From positions 1 through 64,000 of the forward strand of contig DF237062.1 in NCBI GenBank assembly GCA_000708835.1: a stretch of DNA of 64,000 nt. The letters are read 5' to 3'. This document shows positions 61,244-64,000 of this stretch, piece by piece. The translations under genes and the position numbers were made by a program. Within the stretch, counting starts at the first letter, position 1. Every line of letters begins with the position of its first letter. Origin of the DNA: Klebsormidium nitens (Eukaryota; Plantae; Klebsormidiophyceae). Below the pieces are notes generated by a model. That model did no database searches. It was given only the letters and a program-made list of their open reading frames with translations, and had not been told where the DNA came from.

Positions 61244-63490
61244 ATGACGGCGGCCGGGGTCACTCAAGCGCATGCCCTGAGTTCCCTCAGTTGTGGGCTT
61301 GCTGCCTACATCCAGCCGTCCGCTCAGCCCTCTGGCACGAGACAGTATGCAGGCCTTGCAGCATCAACCTCGGGCCGGAGTTGCCAGGCATCGAAGCCAT
61401 TCTTTGGCCCACAGTTGAGTGGGCCCAGCACGGAAAGGCAGTTTGGCGTGGGTGGGAGCAGAACGCTTACAGTGAGCTTTTCTTGCGATTATTCACTGTT
61501 AACAATCTGGCAGATCATTACCACCAAGAAGATGTGCATCAGCAGGGGTAAACTAATCCAGAATACTTGGTATAACAACATAGCAGCTCTTGGCTGGCTC
61601 CCTCTTTTTGAAGAGAGTATTCAAGATCGGTCTCAGATTGTTCAACATCTGGCCACATTGCTGCATGATTTGTAAGTCCTCACCTTATCCTGCATTGCTA
61701 CCCCTTGACGGAGTGAGATAGACCCTTGGCTCCTCCTGCAATCTGACAGTTCTATCTTGAAGCCACACAAGCCTTTTCAGGGTGCTAAAGATATTGTCTG
61801 GTTTTGCAGGTTCATGCAATTGCCACAAATGGGAGGTCTCCGGTGGTCCCAGCAATGAGTCAAAACAACTGGAATCTGAATGATCTGGGGCCACAGATGC
61901 TCAAGGACATAGCTGTGGAGAAGGCCAGGGCGGACAGCAGACTGAGGATCTTCTCTGGGACGGCAAATCCTCAGTTGGCCCAGGTAGGTTCTGGTCAAAA
62001 GATCGCTTCTTGCAGTTGGATCCCTTTTGAAGGCCCGGGGCTATCGTAGAATGTCATGGCCACTGGAAGGGTAAACTTTCAGCTTTGGAAAGTGGGAGTC
62101 AACCAAACTTTGTAGCGTTGGTGCTCCACCAGAAGGATGTCATTTCTGGTTGAATCAGAGACTCTGTTGAAATGGACGGGTAGAAGTTGCTCTTTGATCA
62201 AACCAGTAATTACCAAGTGATGCAACCGGATGTCGGTGGGACAAAATCCACATTTCTCAGAGACGTCCTGCTCTAGGGCTCCGTGCGCATTGTGCCCGTT
62301 AGCTTCAAAAATGGAGAGGCAATGTAGTGCCTGCTTTAGTTGTATACATTCAGGACACAGTAGTTGATACTGATGTTGATACGCAGCCTAGTCAAAGTAC
62401 GAATTGCGTGGTGCATCCTTGTGAAATAAAGCGAAGCAGTTTAGTTCCGCGAAGCAGTTTAGTTCCGACATAGATGCAACTGCAAGTACGGCGCTGGCAT
62501 TGTTTTAAGCAGAATTTCTTCTCATCCGATGATTTTGGGGTTTTCCTGGAGAGTGCTTAGAACCAAATCAAACCAATCACTTAAAGCTGATGTGCTTTCT
62601 CGTCCTGCGAACCAACTACTAAGCTGATGTGCTTTCTCGTCCTGCAGGAGATTGCATGCTACATGGGGCTCGACCTGAGCCCCATCAAAATCAAGAAGTT
62701 TGCGGATGGCGAGATCTACGTCCAGGTGCAGGAGTCCATCCGCGGGTGCGACGTGTTTCTGGTGCAGCCGACGTGCCCCCCCGCCAACGACCACCTCATG
62801 GAACTGCTCATCATGATCGACGCCTGCCGCCGCGCCTCCGCTCGCAACATCACGGCCGTCATCCCCTACTTTGGCTATGCCCGCGCGGACCGCAAGGTGA
62901 GCTTTTAAATTGCATGTAAGTGTGGTCATGTCAGATGCAATAAAGGACGCGCTCAATAAAAGCTGAGTAGATGCGGTCTGTCTTACCAAAACGGCAAGTT
63001 TTCTGGCGGTTAGGTATGTAGTATTCAAGCGGCTGGGATCGAGAAAGTTGGATAGAGCTGGTAACTGGTGCCTTTAGGGGCTGGATCCCCGTTCAACATT
63101 TAGAGAATGAATATATCTCATGATGGAAGCGATCCGCTTTCTATCACCTCACGGATCTGTTGAACACCTTGTGCCGTTTCCGCAGATGCAAGGGCGGGAA
63201 TCTATGCTGCCAAAGAGCTGGTAGATGGGAAATTCAGCGGTTGGATCACAGTTTCAAGATCTGGAAGAACTAACGTATGTCATGACGGAAGCGATCCGCT
63301 TCTCATCACGTCAAGTTTTTGTTGAACACCTTGTGGCAATCTGCAGACGCAAGGTCGTGAATCCATCGCCGCTAAATTGGTGGCGAATCTCATTACTGAG
63401 GCCGGGGCCAACCGCGTCCTGGCGTGCGATCTGCACTCCGGCCAGGCCATGGGCTACTTCGACATCCCCGTCGACCATGTGTATGGACAG
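61244..63490 (+). CDS. PRS: Ribose-phosphate pyrophosphokinase (class I, plastid-type); incomplete, continues beyond the window
   Basis: Exons 61244-61471 (transit peptide), 61810-61983 ([14 protein letters not shown]), 62648-62896 ([48 protein letters not shown]), 63347-63490 ([33 protein letters not shown]). Confidence 0.96.
62431..62647 (+). repeat. Two short intronic tandem duplications (18-bp and 37-bp period) before a PRS acceptor
   Basis: GCGAAGCAGTTTAGTTCC occurs at 62431 and 62449. AAGCTGATGTGCTTTCTCGTCCTGC occurs at 62584 and 62621, and only the second copy ends in AG. Confidence 0.9.
63120..63385 (+). repeat. ~161-bp-period duplication of a PRS intron 3' end, acceptor and exon start
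   Basis: ATGA(T/C)GGAAGCGATCCGCTT occurs at 63120 and 63282. CAG|ATGCAAGGGCGGGAATC at 63186 parallels CAG|ACGCAAGGTCGTGAATC at 63347. Confidence 0.9.
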
Positions 63491-64000
63491 GTGGGCACAG
63501 CGAGTAGTGGGCTTTTAGGCTTTTCCGTCACTGCATGAGACAGCTGTCACATTGCTCGGAATTGAGGTTGGATTGCTGGGTGGACCGTCAGTGCGTATGA
63601 TAAGCATCGGCTTGAAGCAAGAGCATGCTGATGAAGTGCTAGGGTAGACCTCATGTTGCTTCGGTCTTGCCGACACCACGGATTGATGCTGCTCAGGGTA
63701 CTGCAATTCATTATATAGATGGCCAGACAGGAGGAATCCTGTCCACTTTGAAGTAAGATCTGCTTGGCAGGCGTTTCGTTGTTACTTGATTTCGTCGGCA
63801 GGTCTGGTGCCAAGTTAGAATGTGTCGGCACGGATAATTATAGACCTGTGGGTTCCGGCTCTTCGTTCTCGTGCTCTCTTCCCTTTTCAGAAGTCCAAGG
63901 TTTTGAAAGCCTGAACCTGGGGACCTTAGCTCTTAAGATTCAGAAATGCATTGTTGAGATGCACTCTCTCCTTAAGGAGTTCAGCCCGTCATGTTGGGCG

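Noticed and set aside
1-64000. rRNA, tRNA, CRISPR arrays, intact transposase or reverse transcriptase ORFs, viral hallmark genes
   Set aside because: None was recognised by eye. Small ncRNAs such as intronic snoRNAs cannot be excluded without a covariance-model search.

Overview
Intron-rich eukaryotic nuclear DNA from a green-lineage organism. The plant-type genes (AIP2, DUF1997, DUF1138/COX4, root-cap domain), the roughly 50-55% GC and the MYND-finger expansion suggest a streptophyte alga such as Klebsormidium; this is inference. Ten housekeeping or likely-functional genes, nine of them recognisably conserved, form five head-to-head pairs: RSM22(-)/DUF1997(+), RluD-like pseudouridine synthase(-)/large disordered protein(+), TAT-type thylakoid protein(-)/RmlD-MAT2B-like reductase(+), THOC3(-)/COX4(+) and AIP2(-)/PRS(+, runs off the window). 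Accessory, mostly decaying genes sit in the tail-to-tail gaps. One is a spliced chimera of a bacterial-type lamin-tail-like domain and a plant root-cap domain (about 1.2-7.4 kb, pseudogenised). The others are three helical-repeat-like + MYND zinc-finger genes, one intact and two lesioned. The window also has two intronic MITE-like elements, C>T-eroded intronic relics, and repeated short tandem duplications centred on splice sites. Exon structures were reconstructed by eye from GT/AG sites, reading-phase continuity and remembered family motifs. No database search was run.
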